Of a DNA stretch of 64,000 nt, positions 13,895 to 25,867 are shown piece by piece. The position numbers were made by a program, and so were the translations under genes. The notes beneath the pieces are model-generated. The model saw only the letters and a list, made by a program, of their open reading frames with translations. It did no database searches and was not told the DNA's origin. Position 1 is the first letter of the stretch, and every line of letters starts with the position of its first letter. This DNA is from Fistulifera solaris (taxonomy: Eukaryota), in assembly GCA_030295235.1 (NCBI GenBank), contig AP026155.1, positions 310,001 to 374,000 on the forward strand. The letters are read 5' to 3'.

Positions 13895-14191
13895 GTTTGA
13901 TGAAAAAAAAGGAAACGCGATATAGACAACCGAACGGATATACTATACTAGACGAATGATACCAGGTAGCATGCAAGGAACGAATTAATAGATCGAAATC
14001 GTTTGGATGCATTCGAAACGGTGGTGCGCGTCGTGATCGCATTATCTGTCATATCGGTACTCAAACATACTCTCAACGGTACTTCGCATGCATGACACTA
14101 TTATAGTAACTATATTCTACTTTTCTCTTCCACGAAGGATTGCAATTGCAGCACTTTTGCTTGTCACAACACTCACTAGCTAGTTTTGTAT

Positions 14192-14959
14192 TCATCGCCG
14201 ATACAATTTATTAGCCACCAAGGCTTGTTTGAACATGAGTTCATTCATCGACTGTACCACGACGAGTCCTGGACCCGTAATTGTCGTATTGAAGATACCT
14301 TCTCCCCCACCAATCATTCCCATGACTCCACCGACACGGCGCAAATCCATCGTACAGGATCCCGCAAACGCCATGACACAGTTGGTATCGACGACAATGA
14401 TTTCACCCGGTTGCAAAATTTTCTGCAGCATGGTCCCGGTACCGGCCAAAAAGACCGTTCCGGTCCCTTGCAATTTTTGTCGCACCAACCCCATCCCCCC
14501 GCAACAGCATCGTAATAAATTACAATCCAACGACATTTCGACGTGCACATCACCCCACGATGCCATATAGGCGCCTTGTTGACAAATCAAGACCCCTTGT
14601 ACTGTATTCAAATCAATGGGCACGACTTTGGCCGTGGGAAAATTGGGTGTCAAGGCACAATAACTCGGGGTCGTAGCACCACCCGCCGATTTGGTGAAAT
14701 GCAGGACGCAACAACTTTCTCCCGCACACGTTCGTTCGAGACACCCTTCTTCACACGTCGTAGATTGTTGTATATCGCTCGACAAATACATCATAGTCCC
14801 CGGTTCGCCCTGACAGACGTCTCCGACGTTGTTCAATTGCACCGTCAAGACTTGACTTTCGTGTCCGGCAATGGCGTAGACGGGCGTGGTGGGTAATGGC
14901 AAATGCGACCATCCGGTCGTGGCCAAGACGAGTTCGTCGTCTTTTTTCGAGTAAGTCAT
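14192..14959 (-). CDS. AIM24 / TIGR00266 family protein, copy 2 (intronless)
   Basis: IAGHESQVLTV..GEPGTMMY, LTPNFPTAKVVPIDL, CQQGAYMA, CCCGGMGLVRQKLQGTGTVFLAGTG, VDTNCVMAF, GGEGIFNTTITGPGLVVVQSM. Confidence 0.88.
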   Translation of the reverse strand: MTYSKKDDELVLATTGWSHLPLPTTPVYAIAGHESQVLTVQLNNVGDVCQGEPGTMMYLSSDIQQSTTCEEGCLERTCAGESCCVLHFTKSAGGATTPSYCALTPNFPTAKVVPIDLNTVQGVLICQQGAYMASWGDVHVEMSLDCNLLRCCCGGMGLVRQKLQGTGTVFLAGTGTMLQKILQPGEIIVVDTNCVMAFAGSCTMDLRRVGGVMGMIGGGEGIFNTTITGPGLVVVQSMNELMFKQALVANKLYRR

Positions 14960-15338
14960 GGTATTATGAGAAGAAGAAGTAGAAGAAGAAGTAGAATAAG
15001 AAGTAGAAGAAGAAACAATGATGATAAGGAAATGTTCGACGCGGCTCGATCGTTTGACTCGGTCAACACAGTAATAATTAGAAGCCACGATGCGCGTGAC
15101 CTTTTGGGAAACCAAAAACGTGTTATGTGATACTACGACACGTAAATCAACTTCCATCCTCAGTGTGACTTACACAGCGGTATCCAACGATTGTCGCAAC
15201 AAACGATTTTGTGCGAGGCTTACCAGTAGTATTGCGTCCTTATCATTATTATTGTTTTTATTCTCAAGTCCGTATTCTCTTTTGCTCGCTTCTTTTCTTA
15301 CTTTACAAAATAAGCATAAACATTCAACACAAACATCA

Positions 15339-16583
15339 ATGACCGACTATTCGTCTCCCTTTGCAATGGCGTTGAACGATCCGAAGAAGGATGATTATGA
15401 GGAGTATCCGGATAGCCCCTCGGTACTTGTACCGGTACCTCTGGCTACTCCCGTCGAATCATCATCCCATACGCAACCGTTATTCTTGGCCGGATTTGAA
15501 GTGTGGTCGCCTCCTTCTCCTCCCACGTATGCGGACGGCTTACCGGTGTACGAATTGTTGGGGACGGATGCACCGTTTGTACAAATTCCCTTACGACCGG
15601 GACGTCAAGTCATGTGCTTTGCCGGGGCCATGGCCTACATGAGTAACGAAGTCAAAATGAAAGTCGAATTGGGAGGATTCGGGAAAACGTTTGGGCGGTT
15701 GGCGGGTGGTGGTTCCTTGTTTCAAGCCACTTACACCAACGAAAGCACCACACACGATGGTTACAGTTGAGTTGTTCAAAATACAAGAGAGCCTTGGATT
15801 CCTTCGTTCCCTTTCTTCCAATCAATCAATCAATCACTCACTCACTCACTTCTCTTTTCTCGGCAGTCGCATTAACACCGGATTATCCCGGCGTCATTGT
15901 TCCCATTCATATGCCCTCTTGTCCGTCGGGAACGATCATGGCCATGCGCGATTCCTTTCTTGGTTCGACAGTGCCGATCGGGGAAGCGGTGACGGACGTC
16001 GGGGCTGGATTCAATCCCGCCGAAAGTATGGCCGGCATCTGTTGCAGTGGTGTTGATTTGATTGTGCAAACGCTCCGCCATGGAGAATGGGTGTTTTTGA
16101 TGGCCATGGGGACTGTTTTACAAAAAGTACGTTAAGAAACGGAAGACGACTCGTCAACGGTCCTTCGTATATATATATATATCTCAACTCGCGCTGTTGT
16201 TTTCAGAATTTAGTCGCGGGTGAAAAGATTTTAGTGGATACCGATAGTATCTTGTGTTTTGAATCATCGGTCACGATGGATGTGCAATTCATTGGATCCG
16301 GGATGGCGTGTTGTTGTGCGGGAGAAGGGATTTTCAACACCACGAGTGCGTCCTTTTTGTGTTGTTGTTATTGTTGTTGTTATTGTTGTTGTTGTTGGTA
16401 GTCTACCAGGTATTGTGGTAACTCTGACACATGCTCTCTTTCTTTCTCACAGTGACCGGACCGGGCAAAATCTGGATTCAATCTCTCAGCATTGACAAGA
16501 TGCGGAAATTGTTCCCACCCAAAGTGATACAACAGGATAGCAATAATAATAGTGGGAATGTCGATGGACCCACAAATGCGTGA
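15339..16583 (+). CDS. AIM24 / TIGR00266 family protein, copy 3 (three introns)
   Basis: LLGTDAPFVQIPL..AGAMAYMS, GRLAGGGSLF, LTPDYPGVIVPI, RDSFL, VDTDSILCF, CCCAGEGIFNTT, TGPGKIWIQSL. Introns about 15767-15866, 16127-16206 and 16347-16452. Confidence 0.85.
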
Positions 16584-17113
16584 TGATTGTTACAAGTATA
16601 ATTCATGCCTCTAGAACGCATCATCCTCGACTTGCCTTCTACAAAATGGATCTTCTAGTACTACGGTAGTTTCGTAAATGCAATCCTGAGACTTTGACTG
16701 AAGTGCCGTCGAGGTATCGTTGAGACCACCTCGACTTAGTGGGCATTGCTGCTATGAATACGTTTATCTTAATCAATTTGATGAAACTTAAATGGAAGTG
16801 CAAGCAAAGTAAAACTGTCAGCATAGAATGATCAATGTTAGGAATTCATGACTGAAATGCAATCGTGGTAAAAGGTCGCCGACACTTGAGTTTACAGTAA
16901 GCAGAGCCTTTTGTCGCACCACCACGGAATCCTTCGGCGCGGCTCTCCGGCTCGCACCGCGCCGTTTATTATTATTATTTGTGTTGCAATTTGCAATGCA
17001 ACACAACGTTCATTCTTCTTGTCGAAGAGACGAACATCTTTCGTTCTTGCATTCTGAATACTATCTTTTTCCCTTCTCTTTCTATTCATTTCATTCATTT
17101 TTAAATAGTACAT

Positions 17114-17635
17114 ATGGCAGAAGTGGCGGATGTTCCCATGGAAGATGCGGTACGTTTGGAAAAAAAGCGCTCTCCCGGACCCGTTTTGCTGCGGATATTC
17201 ACTCACTCCATCGTTTCATTCCTTACAGTCAGAACAACAAGTTCTTTCGAAACCGTCGGCTCCGCGTTTTGAAATCAAAAAATGGAATGCTGTCGCCATG
17301 TGGTCGTGGGATATTTGCGCAGATACGGTACGTGAAGGGAACCAAGCGTCGATCACGTTTTTTTATCGCCTTCCTTTCTTTCTTTCACTCATATACTCTC
17401 TTAGTGCGCCATTTGTCGCAATTCACTCAATGAACCATCCATCGAATATCAAGCCAATCCTTCACCAACCAACGACAATGGCTTATCGATTGCTTTTGGG
17501 AATTGTGGACACGTCTTTCATCTTGATTGCATCCAACGTTGGTTGAAAACACGTTCCGTTTGTCCTCTTTGTAACAAGGAATGGGATTTTGCCAAAATTG
17601 AACGCATTCCGGGATACGGGCAATTGGGAATCTAA
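17114..17635 (+). CDS. RBX1: RING-box protein 1 (cullin E3 ligase subunit), three exons
   Basis: Spliced translation [70 protein letters not shown]. Introns about 17150-17228 and 17328-17404. Confidence 0.95.
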
Positions 17636-17777
17636 GACAACAAAAAGAATAGTAGTAGGATGGGATTGAAAAAAAGAAATATAATATGCGAGGCGATTGC
17701 AATAACAAATAGGTAGTGGATCTACTCGTAGCATTATTATTATTATTATTATTGATTGGAAAACTTCAACGAATGAT

Positions 17778-18986
17778 TCATTCGTTCCATTCCGCAGTAG
17801 GAGACAGAATACAACGATGAACGGGTGTTCCTTTGATCAAACAAGCCACTTCGGTTTCCGTCATGGCGGTGCGTGGCAAAAGGGGACGATATATCCAACC
17901 GGGACCTTGTGCACGTTCTCCACCCATGGCGATCCATTGTCGTGTTCGTTGTGTTAATGCGGATGGAGCTATAACGCCCTCAGGTAATGATGACTCATTC
18001 ACATCTAGAACGGGAGTAAATCCGGCTTGTTGACACGCCGTGTGAAACATCCAGACTGCAACATCTTCACAATTCGATTGCAACCACAAGGTTCCGTTGT
18101 CCGGAACGAGAATGGCCCGACACAACTGTAGGAGTTCCAGAGAAACCATGAAACCATCGGTTGCGGAACGGGGCAATTGCGTATTGCCACTGTTATCCTG
18201 TAAACGATAGGGAGTGGGAAATTGTATCAAAATGTTCGCAACATTTCCCGGATACGACTCGAACACCTGTTGCAACGCGTGTTCGGCCGTATCGACTACG
18301 AATGCCAATCGATCCGATAAATTCCACCGTTCCGCCAATCCGGCCCCATAATGAATGGTCACCGCATTTAGATCAATTCCCAAGAAATTACAGTTTTCCC
18401 AAGACGAATTGTCGTCGTCTTGGGATGCCAATCCCAGCAAGCAGACCCCCATACCGCACCCCACATCGATGACCAAGGGACGATGCGGATCCTGAAACAA
18501 CTGGTACCAATCGAACGGGTAAGGGGTAAACGTTTCGTCCTGCAATGCCGTCTCGGAGGATTTACCAAAATGTTGCGCGGCTTGATGCCAGAACGCCTTG
18601 GGTTTCTTTTGTCGAGTAGAAAATTCCCATAACAAAAGAGCACATCCATCGGAATGAAAGGACACGACTTGATCGTTGTTGAAAGTCGCCTGTTTGGCCT
18701 CGAAACATTGTTGTAGAACTTGATTCAATTCCCGATCGTTGCGTATTCCGGCCGCCGCCATGCGTTGGGCTATGGCTAACAAGTCTTTCAGGCGACACGA
18801 TGGTCGGGTTCCAAATCGTCGTAATTCTTTGCACACGACTTTGGTGAGCAAGACAAACAAATGTTCGTCCGTAACTCCCGCCAAGGCGAACCAAAAGGCG
18901 GCATCGGCACTTTTACGTCCTTGTAGGGCGGCTTCGATAGCGGCCCACGTGGACAAATCGTCGTGCTGTAACACGGTTTGCCATAC

Positions 18987-19018
<32 letters not shown>

Positions 19019-19641
19019 GTGTTCGATGGATCGAATGTCGTCCCCCCTCTACTATGAGTGAATGGACGTTCGACCAGGCTTGTAGTTGGGATATAGCTTG
19101 TTGCACCCATCGATCGCGGGCCTCGTGATGATTCTTCTTCTTATTCCTATTATTATAGCCTTCCGCCACAGCACTCCCCAAGGCTTGATGCGCCAATGGC
19201 AAGACGGTAGACGTTTGATTGTGAGGAATCATCATCATAATGTGATAAACGACGGACCATTGTGACTTTCCTTCATTCGTATCGGTGACACGAATGGAAC
19301 AATTATGGGTAATGAGAGTGGGCAGTGATTGGAGAAGATGATCGGCCCACGTAAAATTTTTGCATCCGACGTGCTTGATCGCGTTGTTGCAGAATGTCAT
19401 TGATCTGTGCGACAGTTGTGGGTGACAAGACTACTAACGGATCTTCCAGTACGACATTGAAAAACTGAGAGGATTGTTGCAAAAATAATAATGTAAATGG
19501 TAATAAGGGACGTGACGACGATGACGACAACGACAACGACGACAACAAGGCATCATTGGGTTGGAGGAAGCATGACACAATGAATAAGCAAAGGAGGGCC
19601 AATTTGCCTCCCCAAATGTGACTACTACGTAGAACTAGCAT
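17778..19641 (-). CDS. TrmB-like SAM-dependent (t)RNA methyltransferase with signal peptide and N-terminal CysRS-anticodon-like helix (indel near 19355)
   Basis: PLVIDVGCGMG, FLGID, IQFPTPY, LQSNCEDVAVWM and MTETE follow TrmB motif order; hydrophobic N-terminus LALLCLFIVSCFL. Confidence 0.7.
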
Positions 19642-20028
19642 GGAATAAATAGTTTCATGATGTGTATACGTAGTATGAAAAAGGGAAGGATAATGATAGC
19701 GAACGACAAAAGAACAGAATGATGTTTCTTGGCCTCCGTTTACGATTGTTGTATGTTACCTTCATTATTTTTTTTTTCCGACGGCTCTCGGCGAGTGCCG
19801 AGTTCATTATTATTTGTCATTCACGAATTATTAAATTCAGTCTGTCCGTCGACCGTCTTTGAAAGAAAATAAACCTCACATGATGGATGATGATGAGCGA
19901 GAGAAATATCATCAATCCAAGCAGGAGACAAAACCCTGCAAATAATAAAGTTCACTACGGAGTAGAATTTATTTTCGTGAATCTACTATAATATATTCAT
20001 CTTGTAGTCATTCTGGAAACAGTTAACG

Positions 20029-21083
20029 ATGTTTTTTACAAGATTCTTCATTCTAGTTTGGTGGGTCGTTGGTCGCACGACCGCCTTTTTTCACACCTTG
20101 TCATTGTCGTTCTTATTCTTATTCTTATTCTTCGACGACGACGACAAAGACGACGACATCTCTCTTTTCTTCTTCCACGCCCAAAGCCAAGAAGAAAAAG
20201 AAGAAAAAACAAATACGAACAATTTTCCAAGGTGCAACAAGATACAGATCCCTTCCAAGAACTTTTGGCTGAATCGGAACGAAAATTGGCGGCCTTGCAA
20301 CAAGAACAACAACAACAAAGCACTTTCCTCCCCACGGCACCACCACCACCACCACCACTGCAACAACAATTCCCCGACACGGCCACCATTGATCCATACG
20401 ATCCACGAACCTTTGGATATGTCACTTTGGGGACCATTCAAGGGGCGCATGGTGTACAGGGATGGATCAAAGTCAAGATTACGGATGCGGTGGACGCGAC
20501 TCTGGTGCAACAAAGTTGTACACAGACGGGATGGGTACACGTTCGATTGCCTCACAAACGGGCCCCTCGACCCATCTTACTCCAACAAGGAAGATTAACG
20601 ACGGAACAGCAGTATTTGGTGCAATTGCAAGATATTCTGGATCGAGAACAAGCGCAAACGTTGCGGGGGGCGACCTTGTATGTGCGGCACGAACAAATTG
20701 TGTCCGAAACCGACGACGACGAGGAAGAAGAAGAAGAATACAATGTTTCCGAACTCGTGGGAATGGAAGTATTTTTGACAGAAAATCCCGACGGGTACGT
20801 GGGAAAAGTATCGGGCATTGTTTTTTGTGAAGATATTTCGTCCATTCCCTTGGGACACGATTTCTTGGAACTCGAGTTACCGAGAGCCGATTCAGGGATG
20901 GCTTCCTACAAGGATGAGTTGGTCTTGATTCCGTTTGTACCACCCTTGGTGCCGATCGTGGATGTGCAGCAACGACGCATCCACATTAGTCCTCCGGCGG
21001 GATTGTTGGATTTGACCTACGTGAGGAGTGACAAAGTGCGCGTGAAGGGCTTTTTGCCGGCGCGTCGTACCACCATGGATTGA
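20029..21083 (+). CDS. rimM: Plastid-targeted ribosome maturation factor RimM (indel in the presequence)
   Basis: LGTIQGAHGVQGWIKV, DREQAQTLRGATLYV, ELVGMEV, LIPFVPPLVPIVDVQQRRIHISPPAGLLDL; presequence ..GRTTA-F. Confidence 0.88.
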
Positions 21084-21110
21084 AAAAAGAAGAACTTGAA
21101 GTGATTAATT

Positions 21111-24100
21111 TTACAATAAACTTGTTTCCGGAATGTAACGAAAGAAGTCCGCGATCGTGGGTGGCAACGACGGTACCATCAACTTATCGACTTCTTGTTC
21201 CAGTTCTAAGCGAATCCAGGGCCGACCGTCAAAGCCTTCTCTTCGGACACGCGATTCGTAAGCACGACGAGCCGTCTCCTCGGCTTCTTGGCGTTGGGAC
21301 AACGCGGTGGTAACCGTCGTGTGGAGTGTACTGTACCGGGTAAAGAGAATCCGAGCGAGGACTATTTGACCATTGCGGAACAAGAAGCAAATCGTATCCC
21401 CAATGGTCTCAGCATAAAAAGGATCCAAGCAACTGGAACGTAGTGTCCCCACCAAGTCATCTAACTCAGCTTGACTACCCGGTCGAACTTTAGTACTCCC
21501 TTTGCTTTTCCTCTTTTTCTTCTTTTTGAATCCTAGTTGATTGAACTTACTCTTGTGTCGATAGTGTTCATCCGCACCTGACAACGAAAAGGTAGTCGCG
21601 GTTTTGACGCTGATGACGCTGGACAAGCTGGTCGAAGTGCCGGTACTGCGCATCGATGCGTTGGAGACCGTGGTCGATGCGGTAGTGAAGAGCGAGCCGT
21701 TCTCATCTGGATCGTTTTCTAAATGGTCGACTTCACCCGATGCCACTGCTTCACGACGAATTTGTACTACGGCACTATATCGCTCCAACGTTGTTGGAAA
21801 TGTCGATGCCTTTTCTTCGAGATCTTCAATGGTCTTGTGAGTGTACGCTATGACGGCATCCATGACTCGGCGATGATCGAGTGAATGTTTTACCGATAGC
21901 CTCTGTGCCTCAAACCACAATTCGGCTCGGAGAAGAAACTCGACGGCCCCCGAAACGTCGTTACCGTAGTCATATAAAATGGTAGCCGCATCATTGAGTT
22001 TCTGTCGGCGTGTCGCTCCGGACTCGCTTTCCGACGCAAAAGACAAATTTTCGGCCATCTCTCCTGCCAGGATCATCTTTCGCTCTTGAGAGAAATCCTC
22101 TTCATTGATGGGTGATATAGAAAGAGAGTTTTCCAGTCTCGACAAGCCTTTGCCGCAGATTTGGCCCGTTCCACGTCCAGGGGTGTGACGGTGAGAAAAA
22201 CATTCAACGCCATGTCAAATCGCTTTTGTTTCATCAAATCGTCACCAAGTGCAATCAAAATTGTGCGCGAACTTTGAGGGTCCTGAAAGAGTTCCAAACC
22301 TTGTCGATAGAGGTCATGCTTTTCGATTAATTGCATGCAATCTTCTACATTGTTTCCTACCTCGGGACACTCGTCCTCGTGATATTTTGTGACTTCCACC
22401 AGATTCTCACCCTCGTTAAGCGACTTGGCAAGGTTACGGAGCGCTGCGTCGTAGTTCTTTAAGCGCATGTCTACTTCATACCTGGCGTAATAGAGAGGAA
22501 GCTCCATGTATCTCTTTAAAAGAGGAAGGTAAACCTTGGGATCCATTTGCGAGTTGCGAGCCACAGCACGTGCCATATCAAAGTCGTACAGCCCGAGTGC
22601 CCTGTCAAACAAAAGACTGTATTCGGCCATGAAGGCAAGGTACTGAATGGCGCTTTGCGCCTTATCGGAAAACAATATTGGTTTGTTTTTGGGTAGCGTA
22701 TCCCTCTGCCTTTCCGTGTTATTCTTTATGAGGTTCAACGCATCTTCAATTTGAGGCGGATCTTGCTTGGCAAACGTCGAAAGAGTGGGCAAGAGAAAAT
22801 AGGCATCTTTCACAGGTTTCCCACTAACGGTTTTCTCCTGAGCTTCCGCCGCCAACATAGCAGTACGCATACTTTCGCAAATCAAATTTACTTTTTCGTA
22901 AAGTCAAAGTCGTTACAAGTAGATTGGTTCTCTTTTGAATCCATTTGGGCACCGGATAACGCTCCAATGTCGAATTCCAATTCTGAAGAGAAGATATAAA
23001 GAGGTTGAGGTGGTCTATGTTGCGGACTTGATCAATGAGAATGTGAACGCCTTCTTTGAGAAAAAAATGAGGATCAAGGTCCACAATCAGATTGAGATCT
23101 ACTTTGTGGCGACGCATGAGCTCATAGGCGGACTTGAATTCCCTGGCAAGCACATTTTTCATGCAGTAACCAAGAACCAAAGCCCGCGGGTATATGGCTT
23201 CCAAGTTACCTCGAGGCATCTGCAGTACGACAGTCGGTTCTTCTGGTCGAACACAAACAAGACACGCACCCCGTTCGACATCTCGGGGCTCGTACCCGGT
23301 GGAGAGCACACGTTGGTGTTCTTCCGAGCCCAACAGTGGATCGAATGAGGCCAACACCGACAAATGAACAAAACGAAGTTGAAACTGCGAGTCTGCAGTG
23401 ACGTAACACAAGAATCCTTGTGGTACCGACAAAAAGAAGGAAGAAACATTTTCGGCAAGTAGAACATCATGGCAGTACAAACGCCCCTTGAGCGTCTTGC
23501 CTACGACCAGCCGGTTGTGTCCATGATCATTTTCAGGAACAACTTTACAACCCTCGATCCAATGACACGGTTCCAGGAACGGCTCCACGGTGGCGGGTAC
23601 AACTTGCCCGTCATAGTATTCATAGAGACTTCCATCGTTGAGTTCCACCAGTGCACCTGGCGCATCGGACCATGCCGTGATCGTTAAAATAGGCTCGTCT
23701 AGGAACAGCAAATCTTGAACAGTAACCGCCGGAGTCAATCCACCCCAAGTGATCGTAAGCACCACCAAACATTCCTTCCCTTCTTCTTTGGTCATACATG
23801 CTGCAACTACTTCAATCGTCTCGGCATCGGCCGACGAAATCACTAAATTCCGCAAAGAGCATGGATCGATTGGACATTCGACGTCGTCGTCGTCGTCGTC
23901 GTCACTGATATGAACCGCGTCGGAGGTAGTGGTTGGCGGATTCCAGCCCACCATGGTGTGATGTCCCACCCCATTTTCGTCACACACCACAATCCACGAT
24001 CCATCCACGAGTAACACGACCGCACACAGTAGTGGTGTTCCCAGCGGACGATGCGCCGCGGCAATTTCCTGGACCGAATGCGGAAACACCAGCGTCGCTT

Positions 24101-25095
24101 CACTCATCGGAGGTGGTGTTATCGCTCGATCCAAGGGTGTCACTTTTACAGAGGCTCCATCCACGACAAGGGCGGTACAGGGCCACGCTATCGTACTGGT
24201 ACACCACTGGACATGGTATTCCATCCATTGACCTCCCTGTAGGGCCACGAACAAACGACGGGGATTTTCGGGATGAAAGAGTGCTCTCGTCATCAACGTT
24301 GGAGTGTGTATTTCACGTTTGAGATACCAATGATAATTGCGGCGATGCCATAATTGTATTTTCGACTCGAAGACCACGGCCAAGAGTTGGGAATCCGCAT
24401 TCCAACACAGTTCTAACACTGGACTGGTTACGTCTGGCAATACAAATTCCCCATGACGCAATCCATTGGGTTCCAAGAAGGCGACCTGTTTTTTGTTACG
24501 TCCTTTCGTTTGCAAGGTCGCCAACAATTGCGAACACTGGTGTCCGGCCCACGCCAGTGGTGCCGCCAACAAGCCGGTCACCAATTTGCCACTCCCATCT
24601 TCGGTCCGTCCCAACGATTGGAAGGCAAGGTCCGATGTTTGATAGAAACGTATTTTCCGGGTAGTGTCACCGCCGCGATCGACACTACTGACGGCACACA
24701 GTGTCGCATTATTATTGGAGGAGGGTTGGATGGCCAAAAAGACCGGAAAGGAGGGATCGTGTGGTGACTCCAATTCGACTTCGGCCAAGACATGCCATTC
24801 CGAATTCATGGTCAACAAGACGGTCCTCCGATCGTTGTCGTCGTCGTTGTCGTCGTCGTCTTCAGTAGTGGTAGTAGTGGTAGTAGTGATCAATACGAGT
24901 AATTCACCATCCCACGCCGCCGCACAAATGCCGTATTCGAATTCTCCCACCAATTCTCCCGAGGATGATGATGATGATAGATCGAACGGGAACGTGACCA
25001 CGGCGCCACTTTGACTCAAACACACGTAACAACTGTTATTGTCTGACGACGACGACGACGACGACGACGACACAGCCAACACACGAAACCAATCG

Positions 25096-25127
<32 letters not shown>

Positions 25128-25331
25128 CGATGGTGATGTTGTCACCAAGGATCCAACATGACCCCGTAACGTATGGTCGTCCGAGTCGTACAAATGTCCA
25201 TCCGCTGTCAAGACCACGATACTACCATCACCATCACCACCACCTTGCGAGGTGTTGTCACACCAATCCACAATCTCCGCACCCGATGGGATCTGGAAAC
25301 GTCGTTCTCCTTGTAATACAAGATTTTGCAT
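21111..25331 (-). CDS. ELP1: Elongator complex subunit 1 (IKI3), split by two indels
   Basis: VAFLEPNGLRHGEF, LWHRRNYHWYLK, PPPMS, RDVERGA, LQMPRGNLEAIYPRALV, MRRHKVDLNL, ALGLYD, SQMDPKVYLP, and a Ser-rich/basic C-terminus. Confidence 0.93.
25096..25126. repeat. (TGA)n microsatellite encoding a poly-His run in ELP1
   Basis: About 10 TGA units. Similar coding trinucleotide repeats lie at about 18988-19018, 26611-26652 and 35938-35961. Confidence 0.85.
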
Positions 25332-25577
25332 TATTGGAATATAGATTCGTGTCACCAATAAAGCAAGCAAGCAAGCAAACAGAAAGAATGTAGGAATGTA
25401 GAAGCAAAGCAAGGAAAGGAATATGCAAGGAAGGGAGGAAGGAAGGAAGGAAGAAAGGAAGGAAGCAAGCAATTTTTTTTCGTTTGTTTCCGAAGTTGGA
25501 TTTTTGTTTCTTCGTCGCCGTGATGGATGGACGCGGGTGATGAACGGTGAAGCAAAACGTTGCGTAGCGGTTAAAAC

Positions 25578-25736
25578 GGGTGTGACTATGTTGTTGGAGA
25601 AAATCCAGTACCGGTTGTGACTGAAACAGCGACTCCTCCTGGTCAGGCGAAACTAGCAGGGCTGGAAGAGGAGTGACCCAGAGCATGTCCGAATCAATGA
25701 GCTCATTTTTGATTCGGTTGAATCCTGTAGACAATA
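25578..25736 (+). ncRNA. Candidate structured ncRNA with H/ACA-like layout
   Basis: Several hairpins (TGGA-GAAA-TCCA 25595-25606; ACTCCTC/GAGGAGT 25632-25674; CCGAATCAA/TTGATTCGG 25689-25717), an ANANNA box AGAGCA at 25680 and ACA at 25731. Confidence 0.25.
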
Positions 25737-25811
25737 CCGACTACCAGGTAAGATAAAAAGAGACAAAAAGAAAAAGTCTTTTCGTTCTACCTATTCACTA
25801 GTACTGGCTTG

Positions 25812-25867
25812 GAGCTTTAATCGATCTATAAGTTACATAGAGCTTTAATCGATCTATAAGTTACATA
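25812..25867. repeat. Perfect 28-bp tandem duplication
   Basis: GAGCTTTAATCGATCTATAAGTTACATA occurs at 25812-25839 and 25840-25867. Confidence 0.95.

Noticed and set aside
20048..20943. Many overlapping antisense and alternate-frame ORFs (also at 27311-27937, 35732-36538 and 40571-41194)
   Set aside because: These are shadows of real genes and trinucleotide repeats, with no recognisable domains.
25636..25662. CAGGCGAAACTAGCAG resembling SRP RNA helix 8
   Set aside because: The stem geometry does not fit and no Alu domain or long helix 5 is evident.
25738..25756. Minus-strand ATCTTACCTGG resembling the U1 snRNA 5' end
   Set aside because: The U1-70K and U1A loop motifs and an Sm site do not follow.
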